A stretch of 64,000 nt of DNA from Kudoa neothunni (Eukaryota > Animalia > Cnidaria): contig OZ199839.1 of NCBI GenBank assembly GCA_964304625.1, positions 5,584,111 through 5,648,110 on the forward strand, written 5' to 3'. Below, piece after piece: positions 1 through 13,724 of the stretch. Under the pieces are notes generated by a model. The model was not told the DNA's origin. It saw nothing but the letters and a program-made list of their open reading frames with translations, and did not search any database. A program made the translations under genes and the position numbers. The stretch's first letter is position 1; every line of letters starts with the position of its first letter.

Positions 1-193
1 GTATGAATTTTCCAAATTTATAACAGCGACGTTTCAACAATTATTCACTCGATGATAAGATACAAAATAAATCTAAAGGCAAGTAACAATATTACGGACA
101 CCTTATTGTTTGAGTTGTTATTGAATATGTCGAAGTTTTAAAGATACACGTGTTTGAACTTATTGTCTCCCTAGCGTGTTAAATCCGTAGAAA

Positions 194-2278
194 TGGAAGA
201 TAGGGAAAGAAGAGTTGATTCTGAAAAAAGAACTTTCAAAGAAGATTGGACAAATAAAAAATGATTTCTTGTCGAGAATTTTTTATAGAAGTCCGTGTTT
301 AATTTGTCAATAAAATATCACAGTTGAAAAAATTACTAATGTTAAAAGACACTACGGAACTCATCATAGTCGTTACAGCGGATTTACAGAACCAGAAAGG
401 AAAAACAAGAAATAGAGCGTTTGGAAAAAACCTTGACAAAACAATCATTATTTTTTACAAATTAAGTTGAAAATAATTATAAAATTACTTTGGCTAGTTA
501 TGAACTATCAAATTTTATTGCGAAAAGGATGAAACCTTTTACTGATGGGGAATTTTTCAAAGAAATGCTATTAAGTTGCTGTAAATAGCGTGACCTGAGA
601 AAAAAATCGTTTCCCGAAATCAATCTATTAGGAAGAATTGTAGCGAGATGTATCGAGGATATAACAGGAACTGTAAGAACTAACCTAATAAATGCTTTCG
701 AATGCCTGAATATTTTTCCATTTCTATCGACGAAACTACCGATATGATTGATACCGCACAACTTTCAGTGTTTGTGAGGGGTGGAACATCACGATTGGAA
801 GTTGTTGAAGAATTTGTGAAAATAATTCCAATGAAAAGCACTATAACAGGAAAAAATATATTCAATCGTATTATGAAATGGATGAACGAAATGAACCCTA
901 ACACCTCAAAATTAATTGAGGTTACAATGGATAGGAGCACCAGCAATAGTAGGTGAAGAGAATGGTTTTGTTGCTTTGCTGGATATTTATGTTGGTGATA
1001 ATACAAGTCTTATTAAACTACATTGTTTTCCACACCAAGACGCACTCTGCGAAAAGTCATTACCCTTTTAGAGAAGTTATGACGTCTGTTATAAAATCTG
1101 TAAATCTTATGTTATCCAAAGGCCTGAATCATCGTCAATTTAAAGAATTTTTGAATGACTTCGAAACTATTTACGGTGATCTGACACACTGTTCTAATAT
1201 TATATGGCTAAGTTGTGGAAACATGTTATAAAGAGTGTATGTTTTGAGAAACGAGATTTTCGATTTTCTAGCAGATAAATATCAAGACACCTCTTGATTT
1301 CAAGAGCCGCAGTGACTTGATTAATTGACATTTTTGGCAGATATTTCCAATCACATTAATAACTTAAATCTCGAGCTCCAAGGAAAAAACAAACTTGTGT
1401 CAGACATGTTATATCAAGTCACCTCCTTTGAAAGAAAACTTAAACTTGGGGAAAAAACAGCTTCTGAAGGGGGGTAATTATTCTCATTTTCCTAACCTAC
1501 AAAATCATAAAATCGATATACAAGATGATTTGTTTTCAGACGGTGTTACTGATTTAAAGGATGACTTTTCTTCTTGGTTTCATGACTTTCGAGACTACAA
1601 AAATAATTTTGAACATTTCAGTATCCCGTATGGAATCGACGTAGAAGAAATAGATGAAAGGTATCAATTAGTAGTAATTTACCTGCAATCCAATAAGGAT
1701 CTGGAGTCGATATTTTTGGGTGTGTCAACTATAAACATTTATAAACACAATCTATCACTGACTGGAAAATACAATAATTTATTAGAAATATCGAAAATAA
1801 TGATATCGATACTTGGGAGCACTTATGTATGCGAACAGCTATTCTCGAAGTTAAAAAATACCAAAAGTATGTGGCGGAGTAATTTACGTGATGACCATCT
1901 CGATAACAACTTGTTGCTTTCCACAACAAAGGTGGATATTTCCATCCCTGAGGTATCGAAGAAAACAAACGAATTTTCCATTAATTATTATACATCAATT
2001 TGACGAATAAATTTAGAAAATTAGTTTATTTTTCTCGCGTCCCACTGAAACGATATAATTTTAAATGTCGCATTGTGAATGTCTTAAGCCAGTATTCCAA
2101 TTGCATTGTAAAAAATTCATTTCGCCTAAATGATTTATACACATTTTGGTCCCGCCTTCTAGTTCAGCTTGATTATCCGGCCGGAAGACTATTCGGATTG
2201 CCCCTCTGCGCTAAATGGTCCAAAAAACGAATAATACTATTACTTCGGCCTCCTTAGCTGGAAAAAAGTTTGAGCCAA
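194..2278 (+). mobile_element. Degenerate hAT DNA transposon (Buster/SPIN/GTF2IRD2-like transposase pseudogene)
   Basis: ATG at 194 gives MEDRERRVDSEKRTFKEDWT. Fragments include FSISIDETTD..DTAQLSVFVRG, GLNHRQFKEFL, and the C-terminal dimerisation motif LGSTYVCEQLFSKLKNTKS..RSNLRDDHL. Many stops and frameshifts. GC-rich CGGCC subterminal sequence lies at ~2140-2278; no intact terminus seen. Confidence 0.9.
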
Positions 2279-2329
2279 TAGTCGTGTCCCATCACAGTCA
2301 ACCAAGATGTTTTAAAAATTCAAAACGAA

Positions 2330-3273
2330 AACCGACCCCTTATTATTCAAATAAATATGCCTGAATGACCATTGAAATATTTACTTAATATTTAATCGAA
2401 CAAAAACATTCAAAAACTAAAATTTGAAAGTTTTATTTTTTGTGGAAAATGCAAACTGAAACCTTCCATTAATTAAATCCTTCCAACATTACGTTCATGT
2501 TTTCCCCAAATAACACAACCTATGTACTCCAACCGATGGGTCAAGGTGTAATCAATTCGTTCAACTCGATTTATAAGAAATATTTGATTGGAAACATACC
2601 TTCCCTGCCAAAGATAACTTAGATATAAAACCGATTGAATATTTTGGATTCCTTGGTGTTAATAAAGAAATCCTGGGAAAATGTCAACCGCAGAAAATAT
2701 CGAATTGCTTAAAAAAACTAGCTTTATTTTCGAGGATAATAAATTTGAAATTCCTCCTGACCCATCAGAAGAATTAATCAGTGTTGGCCAGACTTGTAAT
2801 TGGTTAATTTCAAAACAGTCATTTGATGAAGAAGATGGCACTAATCTGTTAAAATTCATAATGGAGGAATCTTTGGATAGAGTGTGTCAGTATGACAAGA
2901 AAAAATCGGCGATTCTTTCAGAGTCATTTGAAAATGAAGAAGACGAAATAGAAAATATACTACACGATTCAACAGAGGCATCAAAATGTTTTGAATACCT
3001 AAAAGCTATTTTAAACAATGCGGTTTTGATGTGTTGTGATTCATTTCATCGACTTGAAACGGAACTTTATAAGACATCGGGAAAAAAGTACGATTCAAAC
3101 AAAAATATTAGATTACATTATTAGTTCTGGATAGATTTTAAATTATTAATAAATACTTGTTTTTTATAATGAACGCTAGCGCGTTATTAGGTACTAAATG
3201 GCCCCCAATGTTGGCTATTTGACACTTTTCCTTCGGTCCCGTAGGTATTACGTAATACCCGTCACCCACTGTA
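2330..3273 (+). mobile_element. pogo/Tigger-like transposase remnant (3' half) with right end
   Basis: Broken frames give YYSNKYA*MTIEIF (NKKAWMT-like) and FSPNNTT..LQPMGQGVINSF (FLPPNTT..LQPMDQGVI-like). The acidic C-terminal ORF is 2681-3124. The element ends ...CACCCACTG followed by TA at ~3272, as in pogo TIRs. Confidence 0.75.
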
Positions 3274-3274
3274 T

Positions 3275-5165
3275 TTCTTCAAGACAGTGACTATTTGCAT
3301 GGATCCATTTAATCCTCTCTCGGGATGGAGACTATTTGAATGGATGGGAATATCTCCTAGAATATGTGAGATATTCAAAATTTGATCTCACAATTATAAT
3401 AGGCTATGTATGTCCTGTAAAACTGTAGAAAAAATATTTTTATAATTTTAAATGGATAATTTGTCTATTGAAACCATACATTAACCATCTTTCATGCCCC
3501 AAAATCGTACTTTTCTTGATTTAATAACATCACTAAATGCTTATACGCAATATGTTAGTGAATTAAGTTCTATTGTCTGCAGTAAAATTGATTATTGCCA
3601 TGTTGGGGGGGGGGGGAATTTTCCCACACAGTGTATTGGCCACATGCCTTGCATGTTCTCCCAATTTTAATAATTGCCATACGTTGAGCGTTAATTCTCG
3701 TTTGATCTAAGTTGTATCATAAACTTCATAGATTCTCTTATTATGCGAAATAATTTCATATGCTAAACCGTTTGGTTACGTTGAATCTATGCAGTGAATT
3801 TAAAACGTGAATCTCGGCGAATACCCCTTTTGAGAACTGTACTATTTAACTCAGGTTTCACTTGAATTTAAATATACTAGATGTATCTATATTTATTTCT
3901 AACGCATCTTTCTTCATAACAACTGTACAAGATTCGTTTAGCTTGACTTATAACAAGTGTACGTGCATGTATCGTATGGTGAATTTGAAGATTCGACCAA
4001 ATGGTTGTTAAAATAATTAGTTGAAGTTTCCCCTTGGCTGAAAACAAAAATATAAACAATAATAACAGATAAATGCCAATAAAGAAGAAAGTTCCTTAAG
4101 ATGACGTTTGAATCTGCTCCCTTTTTGATATACAGGTTTCTGTCAAATATTCCAACGCGAAGAGAAAATAAGAAGGTATGGAATAAATTCGGAGAAAAAA
4201 TTTAAAGTGTGAAAAGTTTCGATGAAATAATTTGTAGTATTAGCAACGATCAAGTTGCTTCCATATGTGATGAATTATACGGAAACGGATTTTACAATCT
4301 CGATATTTATTTTGATAAAAGATGGAAACTTATCGTAAGTGAATGGATCGTTGGCTAAGTTGTGTTGAAAATTATTTTGAAAACTGCATATATGATAAAT
4401 TGGAATCGACAAATGAAAGATCGAAAGCATTGTTAAAAAATTTTCAACTCTGCAAGAATTCTTCCTATCGTTCTGTTCCCTGAAATCCATCAAAATTGAA
4501 AGAAAACAAATAATGGTTACCAAATATTTACAATTATATGATACTATACGTAACAACGAAACTTTCCATCAATTTTATACTCGAATGGCACTTTACTGAT
4601 CTAATATTACTATGGAGGATGTATCCAAAATAAAAATTATCAAGAAGAATAGAATTCAATTTGTCGCTCAATGAATTTAATAACTAGTATTTTAACAAAT
4701 CGATAAAATTATTTCAAGCCAAAGAGCATAGAATCAAAAAATTAAAAGGATAATAACAACCGACCTTTAAAAGCATCGTTTCATTCAAAAATTAAGAGGT
4801 ATTTCGGTAGCCTCATTTTTTCTAATATTTTTAGACACCGGAATTAAGTGTGAAAATTTGTCTCGTATGCATGCCTCTTTCGAGTTTGTAACGTACAATT
4901 TGGTAAATAATTTAAATGAATACCGCAAATAACCTTTGAATATTGTTATCAATTCAAGGAAGGTCTGATTTTTATGCATAAGAGATGGTTAAAGTATGGT
5001 TTTAATGGACAAATCCTCCACTTTAAATCATTCGAAAAATTTTATAAAATTTTTTAGGATAAATATATCCTATTGTAATGGTGAAACCAAATTTTGAATA
5101 TCTCACATATTCTAGGAGATATTCCCACCCATGCAAATAGCCGCATTTCTTTCTTGAATGAAAAA
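3275..5165. repeat. Long imperfect inverted repeat pair (~200 bp arms), probable non-autonomous TIR element
   Basis: 3340-3500 (tggatgggaatatctcctagaatatgtgagatattcaaaatttg...aaaccatacattaaccatct) is the reverse complement of ~4976-5135 (agatggttaaagtatggttt...caaattttgaatatctcacatattctaggagatattcccacccatgcaaatag). Confidence 0.75.
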
Positions 5166-5548
5166 ACATAATAATGCGTATGTCCAAACCATAGATATTG
5201 CATGGTAAATTGCTATTCCCAAAAACCTCGCTATATCGAGACCTTACAGTACACCAGAGGTCGGCAACCCTATTGGGCTGTCGGGTCGGATGGTCATGCC
5301 GAACTAGAAAGCGGGTCAGAATATATTTAAATCCTTTAGATTTAATGAATTTTTCACAGTACAATTGAAAATTGGATTAGTAAATTTATAATTTGGAATT
5401 TAAAAGAATACATTTTTATTTTAACCAAGAAAAGAAATATAAAGAACGTGAAAGTCGATATTTTTAATGAGGGAATTAACTATTTTATACAATTTTTTAA
5501 TTCAAAGTTTCCTGATATTATTGATGCTGAATTTAAACGTTTATATAT

Positions 5549-8042
5549 TTAACCCTCTAACGGGCTTGGGGTCTTTTAGACCCCAAAACGATTTTAATTT
5601 GTCCATAGAATATTTTATAATTATCTGGGATACTTAAAATTTCGTCTATTCTCCTAAATTATTTTAATAAATAGATTTATAAAAATCTTTATGTGGAATA
5701 TTGATTATTTCTTATCGAACAAAATTTTTATCTTCCAACGGGCTTTGGGGTAAAAAAGACCCCAGATTTTATTTGATTTGACGTATGTAGAAAATTATTA
5801 TAAGATGATTTGGAAATTTAAAAAAAAATCTGCCTAATAAATACTGTCAAATTCAGCAATTATTAATCAATATAATCCGCCGTAATCCGATTAAGTATGT
5901 AATCGCAACATATCGTAACCATCGTTTATATGAATACCGCAAGGTCAATGTTTATTAGCTAAATACAAACAAAATTAACATATTACCTCCGTGTACTAGC
6001 AATAAATAATCCCCTACAAAATAAGCTATAGATAATTTAAGCCTTAGGACCGTATATGAGAGTTAACGCGAAATATACACCAATTTTATCGTTTGTTGCG
6101 CACATTGAGATAATCATGGCACCATCTGAGGATTTTAGCGATGAATATCAACCTTTAAGTAGCGACATTGATGAAACCGTTCTTGAATATTCCGAAGAAT
6201 CCGATGATACATCAGACTGCGAACATCCTGCGGATTCTACGACAAGCAAAAGCGGAATACTTTGGACATTGAATAAGCCACCTCCATCAAAAATGCTGAA
6301 GGAGAATATCATGAATCCTCGACCTGGGCCGACAGCTTATTGCATACAAAGAGTCAAAAACGTGTTGGACTGTTTTTTTATATTCTTCACTGATGAAATT
6401 TGCCAGGAAATAATAAAACAAACAAACGTTCACGGGAAATTACACTTTTCTGATTTATGGAATGATTTAGACAACGTTGAATTAAGAGGATTCTTCGGAA
6501 CACTAATTTTGATGGCTGTCTACAAAGACAGAGAGCAACCTCTTTTAGAAATGTTTAGTATAAAGGAAGGGAGAGAGATGTATCGCGAAATCTTTTCATT
6601 TAATCGTTTTCGCCAAATTCTACGATGTATTCATTTTGATAATCCAAGCACCAGATCTGAAAGAAGAGAATTGGATAAATTTTGTCCAATTCGCAACATA
6701 TGGAACATGTGGATCTAGACTCTACCTATATGTTTTTTCCCCGGTGAAAATGTTACCGTTGACGAGCAGTTAGTCTCGTTTAGAGGAAGATGCTCATTTA
6801 GACAATATATGCCGATGAAGCCGGCGAAATATGGCCTAAAGTTTTTCCTAGCTGTCGATCCAGTCCACAAATATGTTGTAAACATTTCTCCCTATCTAGG
6901 AAAGAACGGAACTCAAGCTAGCCAAAACTGTGGTGTTGGTGAGAATATTGTGCTTTCCCTTACAGCTCCCTTGTATAACTCAGGAAGAACTATAGTTGCA
7001 GATAATTTTTTCTCTTCCCTTAGACTAGCCGAGAAGCTGTTAGACAAACGTCTGACATATCTTGGAACAATTCGACACAATAAGAGAGATTTACCACCGT
7101 GTGTTCTTCCGTCTAGAAATCGTTCCTTATTCAGCACTATGTTTATATTTTTTGATAAATATATGATCACTTCATATGTCAACAAAAAAGAAGAGCAGTG
7201 ATTCTCCTATCCTCAGGAACAACCAATAACAACATAACCAACGATACACATAAACAAAAGCCTGAAACAACAGTGGATTATAATGGTTCCAAAGGAGGAG
7301 TAGATACTGTGGATCGGATGTTGGCTTCCGTTTCGGTCCGCAGATTTAATCGACGCTGGCCCATGGTGGTCTTTTATAATATGTTGGATTTGACTTTGAT
7401 AAATTCATTTTGTCTATATAAACACATATTTAACGATTCCACAAAATTGAGACGTGATTTTCTGAAAGAAATGGCTGGAGAGTTGTATAAACCTCTTTTG
7501 GAGAGAAATTCCCAAATGAAAAAATGTTCAAAAAGATCTCATCCAACTTCTATGGAAACATACAACTTTGCAGATTCAAATACTTCTAAACGAAGATGTG
7601 AACATTGTCCTCGTGAAAACGATAACAAAACCTCATCCAAATGCTCAAAATGTGGAAGTTTCTACTGTCGCGCCCATTCGTCAAATAAATCTCTAAATTG
7701 CTAGCTAATATAAACCAAATTTATTAGGGACCCTTGAAAATATTTTATCTTTTATTTTTTACTAAAATGTTATTTTTCATTATTTCAAATAAGACTAAAC
7801 ATATTATACGTTATAAAAACGATTTATCGCGATATCTGCTTAATCTTGCCGAAGAGGATTACTGAAGATTAATTATGAAGTAATTGATTATTTTCTCAGC
7901 GTTACTTAGGCAGAATTTTCCCATATTTCCCTCATAAGTTTATAATAATTTTCTGCATACATTAAATTAAAAAAAATCTGGGGTCTTTTTTACCCCAAAG
8001 CCCGTTGGAGGGTGGTCGTTTTTTCATCCGTTGGAGGGTTAA
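5549..8042 (+). mobile_element. Near full-length piggyBac transposon
   Basis: TTAA TSDs at 5549-5552 and 8039-8042. TIRs are CCCTCTAACGG / CCGTTGGAGGG. Subterminal inverted repeats at ~5733-5840 and ~7905-8013 contain GGGGT..ACCCC palindromes. Confidence 0.95.
6056..7704 (+). pseudogene. piggyBac (PGBD4-like) transposase with one premature TAG and one frameshift
   Basis: Acidic N-terminus; catalytic motifs TVDEQL (~6760), IVADNFF and KGGVDTVD; MPMKPAKYGLK; C-terminal Cys-rich domain CEHC...CSKC..FYCRAH. TAG at 6716-6718 and a shift in the A-run near 7185-7200. Confidence 0.93.
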
Positions 8043-8479
8043 ATCGGTTAAATCATGGTTCGAAATCGTTAAAAACAATAATTAAACGTTTCCATTTGTT
8101 ACAATAAAACTAATATCGTATAATTAGTAAAAATAGGTGAGGAATTTGTGTGGGAAAAAATTTTAAACTTTATTTTTTTTAACACTTATATTTAGAAAAA
8201 AGGGATGATACTTAACTTAATTCACATTGTTATTAGGGTTATTTATATTATGGAAAGATCGTAATTAAAAATTGGGAAAATTATACATACAAGTACCGTC
8301 AACAAAAATAACTTTGTCATTGACACCCCTCGCGGGCCGGATGAGAAAAGCTCTTGGCCCAGTCGTCGCCGACGTCTGCTGTGTACGACTTAAAAAGTTC
8401 TCACTACACCCCAACTATATCACAAACAATGGAATACTAAAATACTATAATATTTAAAATTGTTAACCCCAAATAACAG

Positions 8480-10733
8480 TTAAACCCTCAGAGCATCCGA
8501 AAATCGACTTTACACATTCCTTCTTTGGGGGTCCAATGGACCTCATATTTGATTTAGCTTGAATTATGCAAAAAATAAAATAAATAATTTACTAAAATAC
8601 AAAAGGACATTATCAATAAAATATTGAATAATATAACAAATATCACTTCAACGATTGGTAACGATAAGTAATGAAGAGTTTACAACGTTAAAATAAGCAT
8701 AAAATTCAACGATTTTAACTACCTTTTGCATCTAATGTTGTGTTAATAAATAAAAATTTAATTCCTTATTAATAAAACAGTATTAAAAGTTTCCCTTACA
8801 ATTAATTTATAAAGAGTGGCGGCCAATAAAAACCGCAATATATAAAATTTTGAAATAGACAAAACATGAAATGTATATATTTTAGTTTTTCTTATTAGAA
8901 CATAACAAGCAAGTAATTTTTGAGTGGTTTTCACTGCACTTGGCCCACAAACACAACAAATAATACTCGTTTTTCTATCACGCGATCTTGAACAAAAACG
9001 ACATCTATTCTTGCGACGAGGAAATTTTTGGTTGCAAGTAGAACTTTGATTAACACGATGTGTGTCTCTCTGAATATAATCCTTCACCAAACTATCCGCA
9101 AGTCCTTCTAGAAACATAACCCTTAAACAATCATGGCCGCAGAAAATAGTCTTATAAAGACAAAACACATTTATCAAACTAGGATAAACCATGTTGAAAA
9201 ATATTGCCGGCGGACGTCGATTGGTACACCTTTTTACACTTGTTATTGCAATAATATGTTCAACCATTTCCTCCCCTCCTTTATAAAGGTTATATTCCAA
9301 GGTAACCATAGGTTTTTTTCGTTCACTATCTTTAACGTCTGTATTGAAACAGGAGGATGTACGCACTCGTTTTCGATTAAACAAAAACGTGTACTGAAAA
9401 CCTCTTGCTTTGAATTCTTTTTAAGATAATCCGGAATATCTCATTTATTATTACGGATTGTTCCAGTTATTGGCATTCCCCGTGTTAGGAGTTTTTGGGA
9501 AAGGAGAACAGAGGTAAAGAAATTATCACAGATGATATTTCTCCTACTTTCCTTTAATTCGGAAACAAGATTTAGAACAATGTTTTCTACAACATTTTTT
9601 GACCTTTCATTGTTATTTTTACCTAAATATACCGAAATATTGTGAGTGTATTTGGTCTCGGGATCGGTAAGGAGAAAAAACATTATTCCATACACTTCTA
9701 GCTTTGACGGCATATATTGTTTAAAGGGACATTTTCCGCTAGAAGCAACTAGTTTCTCGTCCGTTGTCAACTTCTCCTAGGGGATAACAAGTTTGGGAAG
9801 AATATCTTTCCAATCATCAAAAACATCACGAATGGGGCTGAATTTATCCAGGATTCTTCGAGTCTCTCTCGTTTCAAAATCATTAAAACGAATAGCTCTT
9901 GAAATTTGAATTAACCTTTCCAACACTCCATAGTAGTTCGAGTGATTCTAATTTGGCTGTAAAAATTGACATATACACAAGAATTCCTAAATATGCCAAT
10001 AACTCTTGGTTTGTTAAATCCTTCCAGGAATGTTGATAATGAAAATTGCCGAACTTATTAGTATTCGAAATTACAATTGAGAAAAAAGCCTCATCGAAAA
10101 ATATGAGGAATGTATCAACCAACGAGGTAATTCTGCTTGACGCATAGGCGGTTATACCTTAAGATTTTCGAATAATATTATCATTAGTGCTTTTAGTTAT
10201 TTGAGGTTTATCAGGATACCAAATTACACACCTCTTAACCTCGTATATATTCCGATAATATTTATTATCGCCAGAAATATCAGAATTTTGTGAATAATCA
10301 AATTATTCAAAGTTATCATAAACTTCACTCACATCCGACTCAAATTCATTCGAAATATCACGCTCAGAACCACTCGTGCAACATTTTTCTTCTCGGTGAT
10401 GATCGTTACTTATCACCCATGGTCTTTTGAATTTATCTCTGTTTCCTCCCGATAAATTTTTGTTTAATCCTCAGAATTGTTTTAAATTATTTTTATACGT
10501 ATTTTAGAAGAATAAACATGGGGTCTATTGGACTCTCAAAGAAGGAATGTGTAAGTTATTTGATTATTTTCTGAATTAAAAGTACAAATTATAATTTTTT
10601 GTAATATTTTAATTTAATATAATTTTTAATAGAATAAATGAGATAACGTTTATTGAGGCGTTACAAGGTTCTCTAAAATGGATTGAAACATCCCTTGGGG
10701 TCCAATGGACTCCAAAGACGCTCGAAAGGTTAA
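8480..10733 (-). mobile_element. Second, more decayed piggyBac transposon (different family)
   Basis: TTAA at 8480-8483 and 10730-10733. Ends are (A)CCCTCAGAGCATC and CCTTTCGAGCGTC. GGGGTCCAATGGACC-type repeats occur at ~8527, ~10520 and ~10697. Fragmented transposase: TTDEKLV..GKCPFKQYMPSK, IICDNFFTS, YNLYKGGEEM, RCRFCSRSRDRKT. Confidence 0.92.
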
Positions 10734-11018
10734 AAAATTAAATTACGAAGTTTTAGCGAATTAAATGCAAGTTAAAAAGACGCACAAATTAATTCACTGA
10801 ACTTCACCTCTGTTCCAAATACACACAATGAGAATTAAGATCGAAAATTGAGCAAACGGTTGAATTGTAAATTTAAAATGAAATTTTGGCTTCTCTATTT
10901 TTAAAGTCTATTAATAACGATCTGTAACAAAATCGTAAAAACCGATTACGCTACGAGACCGAAATTTCGTAGCTGTATACTAGACTATACCATTACCAAC
11001 AAGTCTATGTTTGCATCA

Positions 11019-11592
11019 TTAACCCTTAAAAGATACCCTCATGTAGATTAATTAGATCATTGGAAGGATTTAATCGTGAAAAGCGGGACAATGCGTACGT
11101 AAGTAGAAAAAAACGTATATCATGAAATAACCATATGTATTTTCGACTTAATGTATTTAAATGCTCGTCACAATTGTTGCATATTATATCCTTTTTAGAA
11201 TGTTCATTACATAGGGGTTTGAACATACGTTGCAAATTCGTTTGAATCATAATTATCACATAAATATATATCTAACACAGTCGAAGATATGCTTTTGGAT
11301 TCAGAAAAGATTCGGATGACAAACTGGGTTCCTAAATTTCTGAAATATGATACAATTATGCGAATAATATGAGTTCAAAACCAGGTTAAAATATTAAATT
11401 TTAATAACCCCTTATTTAAAATCTGCTTAAAATATTTAAAAATAATTTTTATGAAATTTTACACAGATATTGAGGAATTAAGTGTAGGAATTTACTTAAA
11501 ATTCCGGTCCAACAAATAAATTTTTTAGTAGAGTTTTGCCAATTTTACTGTCCAAGTGGGCACGTGGAGCCCACAGGTATTTTAAGGGTTAA
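11019..11592. mobile_element. piggyBac-type MITE (~570 bp)
   Basis: TTAA-CCCTTAAAAGATACC at 11019 pairs with GGTATTTTAAGGG-TTAA ending at 11592. No transposase coding. Confidence 0.75.
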
Positions 11593-12289
11593 GAGCGATT
11601 TGGTATAGAATTTTTTTATAAGATAGATTGAAGCTATATAACTCAAGCACCATATTCGTAGATTTTTTTGAAGTCACTCGCTAAGTTTAACTTTCTGTGG
11701 TTAAATTTAATGCTGATGGTTGTACTCTATTTCATCTTATTATTTGACTCGTTTTTGTTGATATTAGCTCGATTTGAAAGGATTAATAAGAAATAATGCA
11801 TTAATGTTCATGCCGGGACAAGTTATAATAATTCGAACATTAAAAATCAACGATCGTAAATTTTCTTCTATTTCTATTTTTTTGCCACCCCAGAAAAGAA
11901 TGACAAAAACTTTCTGAGTCGGACCAGAATCTACTTTGAAAAATCCACGGATACACGAATAACATTTTAGACAAAACTTTAAGCTAATTTAAATAATTCG
12001 GGAATGTAAAAAAAATGACGCGGACCTTAAATTATTTAGCGTTGGTGTCGGGTCACGAAATTTTTAAATGAACATCGGGATTGATACGTTCCTTCACAGA
12101 AATGATCATAATTTAAGTTTCGTCAATCCAAATCGTTAATGTATGGTGCTTAGAATTTTTTAGTTATTTTTCTTTTATGGGTTAATTCACGACTTCAATA
12201 TATTTTGTGAATGTTATTAAGAAGCGTATCTATGCGAAATCTTCCCCAGGCAACGCTGGGCAGTTCGCGCCAATTCATAATAAATGTGT

Positions 12290-12800
12290 TACTCAAAACA
12301 CGTTTTCAAGAATTTGGAAATGAAAGATCGAATTTAATTTTTCTTACTAAATCATTTGAAACCAACATGTCAACTTAGATTATACAGACTTTTCTGATTT
12401 TAATCGAGAAGAATTAGAGTTAGAAATTACTGACTTAAATTATAAAAATCGGCATAAAATTGAAGTTCATAATTCTAGTAAGTGATTTTAGATCTACAGA
12501 TCTACTAAAAATCCTGTTAATGGTTTAAAGAAAATTGAATAAATTGGAAAATTATTTTTACAACGTTATTTAATTTTTGAAGCTAAGAATGCATTAACAG
12601 AAACTTACAGTAACTCCAAGATTTATCCACTTAAATTCTATTTATGCTTGGTTCTACTCGATTGTGTTAAAAAAAATCTACTCTAATATAAACATTATCA
12701 AAAGCTGACTAAATAGAAGAATTGATGGTGAAAACTTACAGTGTTGTTTAAAACTGAATACAACTTCCAAATACCTCTGCATTGAACAGATCTCCGTGGA
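12290..12800 (+). mobile_element. hAT transposase C-terminal remnant
   Basis: Broken frames near 12640-12770 read LFMLGSTRLC...NIIKS*LNRRIDGENLQCCLKLNTT, resembling the hAT motif FGSTYxCE..KSxxRxRLxDENL. Confidence 0.55.
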
Positions 12801-13529
12801 AATTAGTGAGGAATTTTTCCATTTATCAATTTCTTCAATTAACATATTGAAATAATCAAATTATTACGTCATAATATTCACTCTTTTGTAGTAATTAATT
12901 CCTTGAAAATATTTTTAATGGGGAATTGGTAACTTTTAAAATTTCAGATTATTTTGTGAAATTTTTCTTTTTGGCGACGTTAATAATCATCGAGAAGTGT
13001 TTTTTATTGTATAATTATTATATAACGGATATAAGTAGAATTTTCAATCTATCGAAATCAAAATTATGATAATTCAAACTATATATCTTCAAAAAACCAC
13101 AGAAATGTTCGTTTTTAATTTTTTCTGCATTAATTATACTAATACTTAAAATAATAGGTTAATTGGTTTTAGGGTCACATTTATGTAAGACAATTCAATA
13201 ATTTTAGTAAGATTTTCCTAAAACATGTTTTATGATTTCAAAATTAAACGTTTGGATTTCCTAAATTATATTTGGTGTTGCGTCTCCCGAAATAGAAAAA
13301 TTTTTGTCATCACCAATAAATGGTTCTTCCAGTCAGATCGGTTGGTGACTCCTGAACTGAGAAAAGACAACTATTTTCCGAGATTACGTTCTAATTATAT
13401 TTGTCGTTTTCCGCTGAGTTAAACAATGAGATGAGAGATTAAGAGTACCACTGTCTACATTACCATTTTTATTTGTACACGTTTTTATTAAATTTTCATT
13501 TATTTTTAACACAGTTAGATTTAATGCTA

Positions 13530-13611
13530 TTAACCTCCCGAGCGTCTCTGGGGTCATATTGACCCAAAGAGAAGAGTGTATTGTCGATTTGGAGGCTCTT
13601 AAAAGATTTAA
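13530..13611. mobile_element. Minimal (~75 bp) piggyBac-derived MITE related to the 8480-10733 family
   Basis: TTAA-CCTCCCGAGCGTCTCTGGGGTCATATTGACCC resembles the 10730 end. AAAGAGAAGAGTGTATTGTCGATTTGGAGGCTCT...TTAA resembles the reverse complement of the 8480 end. Confidence 0.7.
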
Positions 13612-13724
13612 TTACAATTGAAAATTTATAATAAGGATTTTTTTATTCATCCCTAACCCCTAACTACGATTTTAAATCCAATTAAATAACAAATTATTTA
13701 TTTATAATTAATAAATAATAGTTA

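Larger units (their letters stand above)
5255..8378. mobile_element. hAT-type MITE interrupted by a piggyBac insertion
   Basis: TIRs are CAGAGGTCGGCAAC (5255) and GTCGCCGACGTCTG (ends 8378), with GC-rich subterminals (cgggtcggatg / cgcgggccggatg). The flanking 8-mers CAGTACAC and CTGTGTAC match at 5/8, consistent with a decayed TSD. Confidence 0.7.

Noticed and set aside
6056-7704. Domesticated PGBD host gene
   Set aside because: Intact TIRs and TTAA TSDs plus a stop and a frameshift indicate a transposon copy.
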